Shown piece by piece: positions 1 to 8,220 of a stretch of DNA of 64,000 bases. How positions within the stretch are numbered: position 1 is the stretch's first letter; each line of letters starts with the position of its first letter. Location of the stretch: NCBI GenBank assembly GCA_001771185.1, contig METB01000001.1, positions 503,200 to 567,199 of the forward strand. Direction: 5' to 3'. The position numbers were made by a program, and so were the translations under genes. This DNA is from a candidate division Kazan bacterium RIFCSPHIGHO2_01_FULL_44_14 (GTDB taxonomy: Bacteria > Patescibacteriota > Kazan-3B-28). The notes under the pieces were generated by a model. That model saw only the letters and a list, made by a program, of their open reading frames with translations, had not been told where the DNA came from and did not search any database.

Positions 1-255
1 GAACCGCTTTGCCCCGTTGGGCAAAAGCCCTCATCAAGTCATGAAAATCACCCAAAGTCCAGCTCCCCGAGGATTAGGGCGGATTAGTAGAAATATGTCT
101 CCAGAGCATAAAAATACTTGACTGGGAGCGACTTTTGTGGTAACATCTGGGTGTTAGCGACTGTGCTGACCCAACACTGAGGAGGCGGTATAACCCGCAA
201 GTTCCGGACACCGGAAAGCCTCGCAGACAGTTGGTTACAATAAGGGAGACTTCAA

Positions 256-1158
256 ATGCAGAAGTCACTTACCGCAGGCCAGATCAAGCAGATCTTGGGC
301 TTTCTGCGTGACGTGCTGATCGTCATCGGTCTGGGTTTCTACCAGGCTCAGGCTTTCATCAACGACAAGACCCGAGTGGACAAGTTCAAGGAGGACTTCA
401 AGGCCCTTCTGAATGCGAGCCTCAAGGTCAACCCGTACATCAAAGAACGGGTCAAGCAGGCCTGGTTCTATCCAAAGAACTGGAAGGTCAAGAATGTCAC
501 CGAGCAACTCGCCAAGCTCACCGAACTCTTCCCGGGTATCGACCTGTCACAGGTCGAGGCTCTGGTTGCCAAGGTGACTTTGCAGAAGTGGCATGACGGC
601 ATCGCCGTTCTGCCCAAGCTCTCGTTTCTGGGACTGCTGTGGGGGATCGCTGATCCCTATGGCAAGGGCTACGGTCTCATCTGCGAGAAGCTGTTCGAGC
701 TGATCGCTGGAAGCCGTGCCTTCCATAACTACCGGGCTGGGCAGATGAACGATCAGTACATTCGCATCATGGAGCAAGTTCGCGAACAGCTGAAAAAGCT
801 GGAAGCGGAAACTCCTGGCGATGTTCTCGTTCTCGCCTTCGACTTCGGCAAGACCTATGCCGGATACAGTCCACGCAACGCTCGCCACGAAGCACTGAAC
901 AACAATCAGCTCCCGCTGATTACCGCTCAGGTGGCGTCCCTTCTGCTGACTATGCCCGACCGTCTCACTGCCTGGGAGCAACTCTTCATCGATTGCTCCG
1001 GCGACGAGTGGGATTGGGACGCTGTTGGCCGCTGGTTGTACTCCGTCTGTTTCCGCTTCGACGACGGCCGGTTGCGCTTCGACAGCGGGAATGCCGACGC
1101 TCCGAGCGACGACTATGGTTCGGTGGTTGCGTCCCTCGGGAGTGTCCCTGGGGTCTAG
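256..1158 (+). CDS. DGR target protein, 300 aa, C-terminal variable region (probably C-type-lectin-like fold)
   Basis: ORF with AAGGGAG RBS at 242-248; most of the last ~48 codons match TR; visibly more GC-rich than neighbouring genes. Confidence 0.92.
   Translation: MQKSLTAGQIKQILGFLRDVLIVIGLGFYQAQAFINDKTRVDKFKEDFKALLNASLKVNPYIKERVKQAWFYPKNWKVKNVTEQLAKLTELFPGIDLSQVEALVAKVTLQKWHDGIAVLPKLSFLGLLWGIADPYGKGYGLICEKLFELIAGSRAFHNYRAGQMNDQYIRIMEQVREQLKKLEAETPGDVLVLAFDFGKTYAGYSPRNARHEALNNNQLPLITAQVASLLLTMPDRLTAWEQLFIDCSGDEWDWDAVGRWLYSVCFRFDDGRLRFDSGNADAPSDDYGSVVASLGSVPGV
1012..1145 (+). repeat. DGR variable repeat (VR)
   Basis: Gapless match to 1478-1611 with 17 mismatches, all opposite a TR adenine. 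Confidence 0.97.
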
Positions 1159-1204
1159 ATCCCTTGTCCCTTTTGACCCCTGTGTCCTTGAGTTCGAGTT
1201 TTGT

Positions 1205-1234
1205 GGGGCAGACCTAGTCTGCCCCTTTCTTTTT
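1205..1234 (+). terminator. GC-rich hairpin 3' of VR (DGR target-recognition hairpin and/or intrinsic terminator)
   Basis: GGGGCAGAC-CTA-GTCTGCCCC, 9-bp stem with 3-nt loop, followed by TTTCTTTTT. Confidence 0.75.
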
Positions 1235-1477
1235 GCCAATATTTAAGTAAGATACCCAAGAGAGTAGGTTTATGTCTTGGGGTTTACGGATCTCAAGCAC
1301 CGAAATTGTGTCTTTCGTGACCCAGTCCGAGTCGGGCATGACTCCGGTCTGCCCGAGAGCACTGACCGATTTTAGACACTCCTTGCCTCTCATAAGTTTG
1401 AGGGTTAGTCCCCACATAAAATACAGCGAAGGCTATCTGACACTTAGCTCGCAGTGACCTGGATAGTGAGGAGGCAA

Positions 1478-1611
1478 AATTGGGACGCTGATGGCCACTG
1501 GTTGAACTCCGTCTATTTCAACTTCAACGACGGCCAGTTGAACTTCGACAACAGGAATGCCAACGATCCGAACGACAACTATGGTTCGGTGGTTGCGTCC
1601 CTCGGGAGTGT
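1478..1611 (+). ncRNA. DGR template repeat (TR)
   Basis: AAC/AAT-rich copy of VR with 10 AAY codons in the target reading frame. Confidence 0.95.
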
Positions 1612-1995
1612 TAACGATTAATGCTTCGCATCCAGCCTCCAAGCATTTTGCCTAGCTCCTGGAGGCTGGATTGCAGAGCTAAGTATTGTTTGTCGCTAAT
1701 AGCTTTCACTTCAAAACTCATTCTTACCAATATCTTAATAAGCTCCAGTTTGGAGTTAGCGTTATGCAGGAGTTGAGTTTTTTCAGTTCCAACTGGTAAC
1801 TTGCTGGCACCCAGCAACAACTCCAGCAACTCAAGGGTTTGATGCGTAACATTCTGACCCAAGGTGTGTTTGTCTGCCTTGGGAAATTTGACTAGAATTC
1901 TGTGAAATTGGAGGAAGAAATCATGAACATGCTGAACAATCGGGATTTGCTCAAAAAGTTGCGGGGGGGGGGGCGTTAAAAGGCTTCTTTTCCAT
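1611..1995 (-). CDS. avd: Avd-like accessory protein (four-helix bundle); the ATG at 1995 is out of frame by one base in the C11 tract as assembled
   Basis: IPIVQH..FPKADKHTLG..KLELIKILVR..ELGKMLGGW resembles bAvd-family proteins; lies between TR and RT. Confidence 0.85.
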
Positions 1996-2001
1996 AATGG
2001 G

Positions 2002-3015
2002 GTGTTTGACCAAATTATTTCGTTAGAAAACTTGCTTACGGCCTGGTACGAGTTTCGGAACGGGAAACGCAGTAAGCCAGATGTCCAAGAATTTGAATAT
2101 ACACTTGAGGATAACATATTCCAGCTACATCGAGAGCTGGTGGCGGGTACCTACCAGCATACGAGTTATCACCAGTTTCGGCTGAGTGATCCGAAGCCCA
2201 GAATCATCAGTAAGGCGACTGTTCGAGATCGGATTCTCCACAAGGCAATCTACCGAATTCTCTATCCGGCTTTTGACACTACCTTTATATATGACAGCTA
2301 TTCTTGCCGGGACTATAAGGGAACTCATGCGGCATTTCTAAGGACTAAACAGATTGCTCGTAAAGTCAGCCGGAACTACACCGGGCAGTGCTGGGCTCTT
2401 AAATGTGATGTTCGTAAATTCTTCGATAGCGTTGATCATGAAATATTGATGGGCTTACTCGAGGAGAGAATCCATGACGAAAAGATGATGGGTTTACTTG
2501 CGGGAATCATTAGAAGCTTTGAGTTTAAGCCTGGGCAGGGGATGCCGCTCGGTAATTTGACCTCTCAGCTCTTTGCTAATGTTTACCTTGACCCGTTAGA
2601 TAAGTTTGTTAAACACCAGCTCAAGATTAAGTACTATCTGCGGTATGCTGATGACTTCATTTTCTTTGCTGACAACCCAGATGAATTGATGGGTTATTTT
2701 ATAGAAGTGGCCAGGTTTCTAAGGACCGAGCTTAAGCTACAAGTCCATCCCAATAAGACCATACTTCGGAAACTCAAGTGGGGGATTGATTTTGTCGGAT
2801 ATATGGCTTTTGCTCATCATGATTTGCCCCGGAGAAAAACAGCAGATCGGATAGTTAGAGGTTTGGAGAGCTCAATCGCCCAAGAGGACGAGAACGTTGA
2901 AAGCCGGTATCAGTCGTATCTAGGGTATCTATCCCATGTCGATAGTTTCGGGCGAAAAAGCCAGTTAGCTAAGATGATGGGGTATGCCACGGATCCGGCT
3001 GAAGTCAAGAAATGA
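2002..3015 (+). CDS. DGR reverse transcriptase; the likely true start is ATG 1923 across the G tract
   Basis: KCDVRKFFDS, GMPLGNLTSQLFAN and YLRYADDF motifs; no maturase or endonuclease tail. Confidence 0.96.
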   Translation: MFDQIISLENLLTAWYEFRNGKRSKPDVQEFEYTLEDNIFQLHRELVAGTYQHTSYHQFRLSDPKPRIISKATVRDRILHKAIYRILYPAFDTTFIYDSYSCRDYKGTHAAFLRTKQIARKVSRNYTGQCWALKCDVRKFFDSVDHEILMGLLEERIHDEKMMGLLAGIIRSFEFKPGQGMPLGNLTSQLFANVYLDPLDKFVKHQLKIKYYLRYADDFIFFADNPDELMGYFIEVARFLRTELKLQVHPNKTILRKLKWGIDFVGYMAFAHHDLPRRKTADRIVRGLESSIAQEDENVESRYQSYLGYLSHVDSFGRKSQLAKMMGYATDPAEVKK

Positions 3016-3259
3016 GACAGCAAAGCCTATAGCCCTGCCACTGTCTCATTTGTCTCATTTCCTCCTAAGGTTCTATAATTGACCGTGATGCCTCAACTGC
3101 TTCTCAAAAGATCCGAATTATCTCCTTAGGATTTGGTTCTGAACCGAGCTGTGGAGCCAACCAATGCGCGAGCAAAGCGACCCAGATGCGTCAGTTCAGT
3201 CCAGAAGCGGAAAACCTCTTCTTAGGGGGCTGTTTTGTGCTATGACGGGGTACATTATA

Positions 3260-3329
3260 TAGTGAATGGAATGCTATTTATAGTGTCCATTCACTAAAGA
3301 TTGACTTTTAGAGATAAATAGAATATACT
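3260..3329 (+). promoter_or_regulatory. Sigma70-type promoter of fic with an upstream inverted repeat
   Basis: TTGACT(3301)-17 bp-TATACT(3324); TAGTGAATGGA/TCCATTCACTA inverted repeat at 3260-3296. Confidence 0.6.
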
Positions 3330-3354
3330 GTCTCTATGAGCATTATTAAAACCT

Positions 3355-4251
3355 ATGGCTATAACAAAACCAATTAAAGGTCGTATTCAGGCTCTTAAAG
3401 CCCAGTATGATGTTCTCCGCAAAGGCAAGGACTCGCTTTTGGTTATGATCGATGAGGCGGAAGTACCGGAGAGTGTCTACAACTCCAACGCTATCGAGAA
3501 CTCGACCCTTACCCTCAAGGAAACTGAAAAAATTCTCTTAGATATGGAAGTTGCTCGAGGTGTTTCTTTGCGTGAAGTTTACGAGGCAAAAAATCTTGCT
3601 CGAGTCATCGACTACATTCGCACCAAATCAAAAGAGACGGAAGTAAACCGTGAGCTTATATTACTCCTGCACCAGATGCTTATCGGTGGTATTGATGATA
3701 AAATCGCTGGTCGCTTTCGTGGCCCAGGCGAATATGTCCGAGTTGGTACGCACATTGCTCCTGCTCCAGAACAAGTGGAGAAATTGATTGCATCTATCAT
3801 TACCGAATACACGAGTGATATGTCTGCTTACTTTTTGGACAAGATCTCCAAGTTCCATTTAGAGTTTGAAACTGTTCATCCGTTTAATGATGGCAACGGC
3901 CGTATCGGACGGGTACTTATCAACTATCAGCTCCAACGGCTTGGCTTCCCGAGTGTCATCGTTCGGGATCGGGAGAAAAAAGAATACTACAAGTCCTTTG
4001 GCGATTATCGTGACGACAAAAACACCAAGACTCTTGGAAAGGTAGTCTATCTTGGGTTGATGGAGTCACTTCATAAACGGATTACTTACCTCAAAGGAGA
4101 CAAAGTTATTCGACTTTCTGAATATACAAAAAGCCACGCCAAGTCTGCTTCGGCAATAACAAACGCCGCGCGTCGACAGAACATCCCTGCTTTCAGAGAG
4201 AAGGGTGTTTGGAAGATTCCGGAGAATTTTAAGTACGAAGCAAGCAAATAA
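3355..4251 (+). CDS. Fic-domain protein (AMPylase family)
   Basis: Canonical HPFNDGNGRIGR motif; SNAIEN inhibitory-helix-like motif. Confidence 0.95.
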   Translation: MAITKPIKGRIQALKAQYDVLRKGKDSLLVMIDEAEVPESVYNSNAIENSTLTLKETEKILLDMEVARGVSLREVYEAKNLARVIDYIRTKSKETEVNRELILLLHQMLIGGIDDKIAGRFRGPGEYVRVGTHIAPAPEQVEKLIASIITEYTSDMSAYFLDKISKFHLEFETVHPFNDGNGRIGRVLINYQLQRLGFPSVIVRDREKKEYYKSFGDYRDDKNTKTLGKVVYLGLMESLHKRITYLKGDKVIRLSEYTKSHAKSASAITNAARRQNIPAFREKGVWKIPENFKYEASK

Positions 4252-4369
4252 AATTTATGTTAGAGGAAATCGCCACACAACAGAATCCAACCGAGACCGA
4301 GTTGTGGAGCCAGAGAATAATCAGCTATGGAAGCTGGTTATTTTTATACCCAAGTGATATGTTAGAACC

Positions 4370-4762
4370 ATGAAAGATAGAGATAGGGTTGCAGGTCTGA
4401 TTATCCAAGATGGCAAATTGTTGCTAGTCACTGGATACGACGCTGACTACTATTGGACGCCAGGAGGGAAGATGGATGGAGGCGAAGACCATGAACAAGC
4501 CCTAAGAAGGGAGATGAAGGAAGAGCTTGGTATTGATATCAGTAATCCCAGGTTCTTTACTCAGATGGAGTACTTCAATTCTCACAGCGAAAAACAACAG
4601 GTGAGCCATTACTACTTAGTGGATTACCGAGGAGAGATTAAGCCTGCTAAGGAGATAACGGGATATAGATTTTTTGGTGCAGAAGAACTCCCTAGGTTTA
4701 CTCATTTTGTAAATGACGACAACCTTCTGTCTAAGCTTTTGTCGGAGAAGCTAGTTCGATAG
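4370..4762 (+). CDS. NUDIX hydrolase
   Basis: GGKMDGGEDHEQALRREMKEELG Nudix box. Confidence 0.92.
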   Translation: MKDRDRVAGLIIQDGKLLLVTGYDADYYWTPGGKMDGGEDHEQALRREMKEELGIDISNPRFFTQMEYFNSHSEKQQVSHYYLVDYRGEIKPAKEITGYRFFGAEELPRFTHFVNDDNLLSKLLSEKLVR

Positions 4763-4835
4763 TTCTGACTTCCTCCAGCCAACGGAGCCATTCGCCAAAC
4801 TCATGGTCTAGTGACCAAAAAGAAAGACGAATAAT

Positions 4836-5804
4836 ATGCCACAAGGATTTTGGAAAAAATTGAAGCGGCCGATTATGGCGCTGGCGCCGATGGCGGATGT
4901 GACTGACGCGGCTTTTCGTAGGTTAATTTCCAAACATGGCAAGCCGGATGTGATGTGGACGGAGTTTGTGTCGTGTGATGGATTGTGTTCAGACAAAGGC
5001 AGACCGATGTTGATGCGAGCATTAAAGTTTGATATATCGGAGCGACCAATTGTCGCCCAGATTTTTGGGAGTACTCCAGAGCATTTTTATACATGTGCCA
5101 AGCTTTTAAAAAAACTGAAATTTGACGGAATTGATATCAATATGGGCTGTCCTGATAAAAAAGTAGAGAAGCAGGGAGGCGGGGCTAAACTCATGCTAAA
5201 TCCAAAATTAGCGCAGGAAATTATTCGGCAAACTAAGCGGGGAGCGGGTGGCTTACCGGTCTCGGTCAAGACCCGGCTGGGTTACAGTCAGCGAAATATC
5301 CAGGAATGGGTAAAGGCGCTAATCGAAACTGAACCAGCGGTAATTATCGTTCATGCCAGAACCCGCAAAGAAATGTCAAAGGTGCCAGCGGATTGGAAGG
5401 CGATTAAAGAGGTTGTACAATTGGTGAAAAAGTCGGGTAAAGATATTTTGGTGATTGGAAATGGGGATGTAAAAAGTGTGGCGGAAGCCAGGCGTCTGGC
5501 TAAAATATCTGGTGCGGATGGGGTGATGGTGGGTAGAGGGGTGTTTGGCAACCCTTGGTTTTTTAACAAAACTAAAAATAAGGTATTACTAAAGGAAAAG
5601 TTGACCGTGATGGTCGAACATGCCAAGTTGTTTGAAAAACTGACTCCCAATCAAAGTTTTTCGATTATGAAAAAGCATTTTAAGGCCTATGTGGCCGGAT
5701 TTGATGGGGCAAATCAACTTCGGGCTAAGTTGATGACGACTAAAAACAGCGCGGAAGTGGCTAAATTGGTCAAAGCTTGGGATTTAGTCATTGTTCGGAA
5801 ATAA
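4836..5804 (+). CDS. dusB: tRNA-dihydrouridine synthase
   Basis: LAPMADVTD, IDINMGCP and DGVMVGRG motifs. Confidence 0.93.
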   Translation: MPQGFWKKLKRPIMALAPMADVTDAAFRRLISKHGKPDVMWTEFVSCDGLCSDKGRPMLMRALKFDISERPIVAQIFGSTPEHFYTCAKLLKKLKFDGIDINMGCPDKKVEKQGGGAKLMLNPKLAQEIIRQTKRGAGGLPVSVKTRLGYSQRNIQEWVKALIETEPAVIIVHARTRKEMSKVPADWKAIKEVVQLVKKSGKDILVIGNGDVKSVAEARRLAKISGADGVMVGRGVFGNPWFFNKTKNKVLLKEKLTVMVEHAKLFEKLTPNQSFSIMKKHFKAYVAGFDGANQLRAKLMTTKNSAEVAKLVKAWDLVIVRK

Positions 5805-6061
5805 TTTTGGCAGTTATCCCCATTCTCTTGTCTTTACTTTTGACGGGAAAGGCCAATAATTAACTTGATATCATTAATGTTTTTGGGGAGCTCCAAAATG
5901 GCAAAGAAAGCAAAGAAGAGGAAGTAAGGAATTTTCTGATTTCGTATTTTAAAGCGTCCCGATACATGTCGGGGCGCTTTTTGGTGTCAAACCTGGAGCA
6001 ATGGTAAAATAGAAGCAGGGTCGAAATCGGCATATCAAGTTTCATCGAGGTATCATAAATT

Positions 6062-6253
6062 ATGAAGTGGTTAATTTTTATCCTGGTGGTAGTCGGTGCG
6101 ATCAACTGGGGACTCTGGGGTTTCTTCAGTTTTGATTTAATAGCGACCCTGTTTGGCGACATGAGCACTCTAAGCCGGGTAATCTATGGCTTAGTTGGCT
6201 TGTCCGGTCTCTATATGCTGTTTACCTACGGCACATGGGTAGGTAAAAAGTAA
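6062..6253 (+). CDS. DUF378-like small membrane protein
   Basis: VGAINWGLWG..IYGLVGLSG pattern. Confidence 0.85.
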   Translation: MKWLIFILVVVGAINWGLWGFFSFDLIATLFGDMSTLSRVIYGLVGLSGLYMLFTYGTWVGKK

Positions 6254-6393
6254 ATTGTTTGTTTGTTAGTTAATTGATGAGCGTCCCGCCAATTTAGGGT
6301 TAGTTAACGAGATTGCCTCGACGACGAACTTTAAATTGGCGGGACGCTTAATTATTTTCTCGGTAATGGTTCGAGGTATACTACTTATCAGCA

Positions 6394-7086
6394 ATGGCAA
6401 AAGAACGACTACACAAATTTTTGGCTCGGGCGGGAGTGGCTAGCCGTCGTCAGGCGGAGGAGATGATTCGTCGAGGACTGATTCGAGTCAATGGAGAGAA
6501 ATCCAAGATCGGGGATTCGATTGATCCCAAGCAGGATAAGGTGTTCTATGCTGGTCGACCAGTGATGGTCAGGACAGCGATTATCTATGCTTTCAATAAA
6601 CCAGTTGGAGTTACTTCGACCCTTCGCGATCCGCATGCTGATAAAACGATTGGGGATTTTTTCCCAAAAGACAGACGCGTTTATCCGGTTGGACGATTAG
6701 ATAAATACAGCGGCGGATTAATTTTGGTGACCAACGATGGTGAGCTGGCCAATTTATTAATGCATCCTCGTTATAATCACGAAAAAGAATATGCGGTTGA
6801 ATTACGGGGAGAAAATGATAGTAATTTACAAAAGTTTACCGGCCGATACGAACTGGATGAGTTAAAGACCCAACCAATGCAATTAAAATCAATTCAGCGA
6901 TTGGCTACCAAACGATGGCGAATTCATTTAATTTTGAAGGAGGGTAAAAAACGGCAGATCCGTCGAATCGCACAAATGTTAGGTTATCAAGTCGAACGAC
7001 TAACCCGTCTGCGAGTTGGTAAATTGCGGTTGGATGACCTAAAGGCCGGCAAGTGGAGAATTGTGAAGCGGGAGGATATAATTTAG
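6394..7086 (+). CDS. rluB: rRNA pseudouridine synthase (RsuA/RluB family, S4 domain)
   Basis: ERLHKFLARAGVASRR; YPVGRLD catalytic Asp; EGKKRQIRR. Confidence 0.9.
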   Translation: MAKERLHKFLARAGVASRRQAEEMIRRGLIRVNGEKSKIGDSIDPKQDKVFYAGRPVMVRTAIIYAFNKPVGVTSTLRDPHADKTIGDFFPKDRRVYPVGRLDKYSGGLILVTNDGELANLLMHPRYNHEKEYAVELRGENDSNLQKFTGRYELDELKTQPMQLKSIQRLATKRWRIHLILKEGKKRQIRRIAQMLGYQVERLTRLRVGKLRLDDLKAGKWRIVKREDII

Positions 7087-7118
7087 ACGGATTGATAGGT
7101 TCGTTGATTCTCTAGGGT

Positions 7119-7190
7119 GGGCTCGTAGCTCAGTGGTAGAGCAGTCCCCTCATAAGGGACTTGTCCTTGGTTCGATCCCAAGCGAGCCCA
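7119..7190 (+). tRNA. tRNA with CAT anticodon, probably tRNA-Ile2; CCA not encoded
   Basis: Cloverleaf: GGGCTCG/CGAGCCC acceptor stem, GTCCC-CTCATAA-GGGAC anticodon arm; isotype is inferred. Confidence 0.9.
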
Positions 7191-7361
7191 CCCTAGAGAG
7201 TGAGCAACGCTATCATTATCCATTTCAAATCAAATCGCCCCGATAGTACGGGGACCCCGAAATAGTCTAACGCAGTGAATATTTTGGGGAGAAAGAGAAA
7301 CGATTGAGTTCTAAAAGCATCCTGGCTTGCCGGGATAGCGTAACGCGAAATTGTTTAGACG

Positions 7362-7436
<75 letters not shown>

Positions 7437-7472
7437 GGTAGATAGTAGCAACTGAAATAGATTTTGTCTACC

Positions 7473-7886
7473 CTAACCGAAGAAATAATCCCACCATTTT
7501 TCAGGATTTCCTGGCTGATGTCGGGTTTCTTCAATGGGCTGATCTTTGATATTGCCTTCTTGGAACCGAGCCGTATCATCCTCGGGAATAATTAACACAA
7601 TTTCGCCAGGTTTCTGATAATTTAATTTTGCTCTGGCCTCTTTGTCTTTGAAGGAATCGGTTTTGCGGTAGGCAATCAAATTCTGAAGATATTTATTTTG
7701 GAGTTTTAATTCAGCATTGTTTTCACGTAAATGTGCCAACTCTCTGTCTAAACTGTAGTTTTGCCAAAGTGCCTGGACAGTCGAAACCACCATGTAGACC
7801 GTAATTACAATTCCCACCGTCATAATTGCCCGGATGCGAAGCTCTCGGCCTTGGGGGAGCTGAATTATCGGTAGTTTTTTAGCCAT
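7473..7886 (-). CDS. Septum formation initiator (FtsB/DivIC family)
   Basis: TM helix, coiled coil and EARAKLNYQKPGE motif. Confidence 0.85.
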   Translation of the reverse strand: MAKKLPIIQLPQGRELRIRAIMTVGIVITVYMVVSTVQALWQNYSLDRELAHLRENNAELKLQNKYLQNLIAYRKTDSFKDKEARAKLNYQKPGEIVLIIPEDDTARFQEGNIKDQPIEETRHQPGNPEKWWDYFFG

Positions 7887-7922
7887 GGTATCCTAAGTGT
7901 AGCAAGAACTTAAATCAAATTT

Positions 7923-8180
7923 ATGAACCAAGAGAGACAATATTTTGGAGAGCTGGATGGTAGTAATTTGGAGAAGATGCGCAAAACCCCAGAAGAAGTA
8001 GCGGTCGATACAGCGCGAGAGTTATTTGATTTGATTGGGCCTGAAGGGATTAAATTATTATTGGAGCGGTTGTCACCGGTCCAAACTGGAAATAAACCAG
8101 AAGGATCCAAGAGATCATATCGGCGAGAAATGGATGTGGTTTTTGAAGAGTGGAGACGCCTGCTCAAAAAATTGGCATAA
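7923..8180 (+). CDS. Hypothetical protein
   Basis: 85-aa ORF filling an intergenic space. Confidence 0.5.
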   Translation: MNQERQYFGELDGSNLEKMRKTPEEVAVDTARELFDLIGPEGIKLLLERLSPVQTGNKPEGSKRSYRREMDVVFEEWRRLLKKLA

Positions 8181-8220
8181 TAACCTTCAAAGAACAGGAT
8201 AATTTTGGTGGTAATATTTT

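Larger units (their letters stand above)
256..3015. mobile_element. Diversity-generating retroelement (target gene with VR, hairpin, TR, avd, RT)
   Basis: 134-bp VR/TR pair differing only at TR adenines; RT with DGR-type SQ motif; Avd-like four-helix-bundle ORF. Confidence 0.97.

Noticed and set aside
547-1239. 230-aa minus-strand ORF and the 69-aa ORF 1433-1642 sharing TPEGRNHRTIVV
   Set aside because: Antisense shadows of VR and TR; the shared peptide only reflects the repeat
1996-2117. Avd start at ATG 2117 as given in the ORF track
   Set aside because: It would overlap conserved RT codons antisense by 116 nt and add a non-Avd-like extension; ATG 1995 with a tract slip fits better, though 2117 is not formally excluded
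2002-3015. RT as a group II intron or retron enzyme
   Set aside because: No maturase domain or intron domain V seen; the SQ motif, TR/VR pair and avd indicate a DGR
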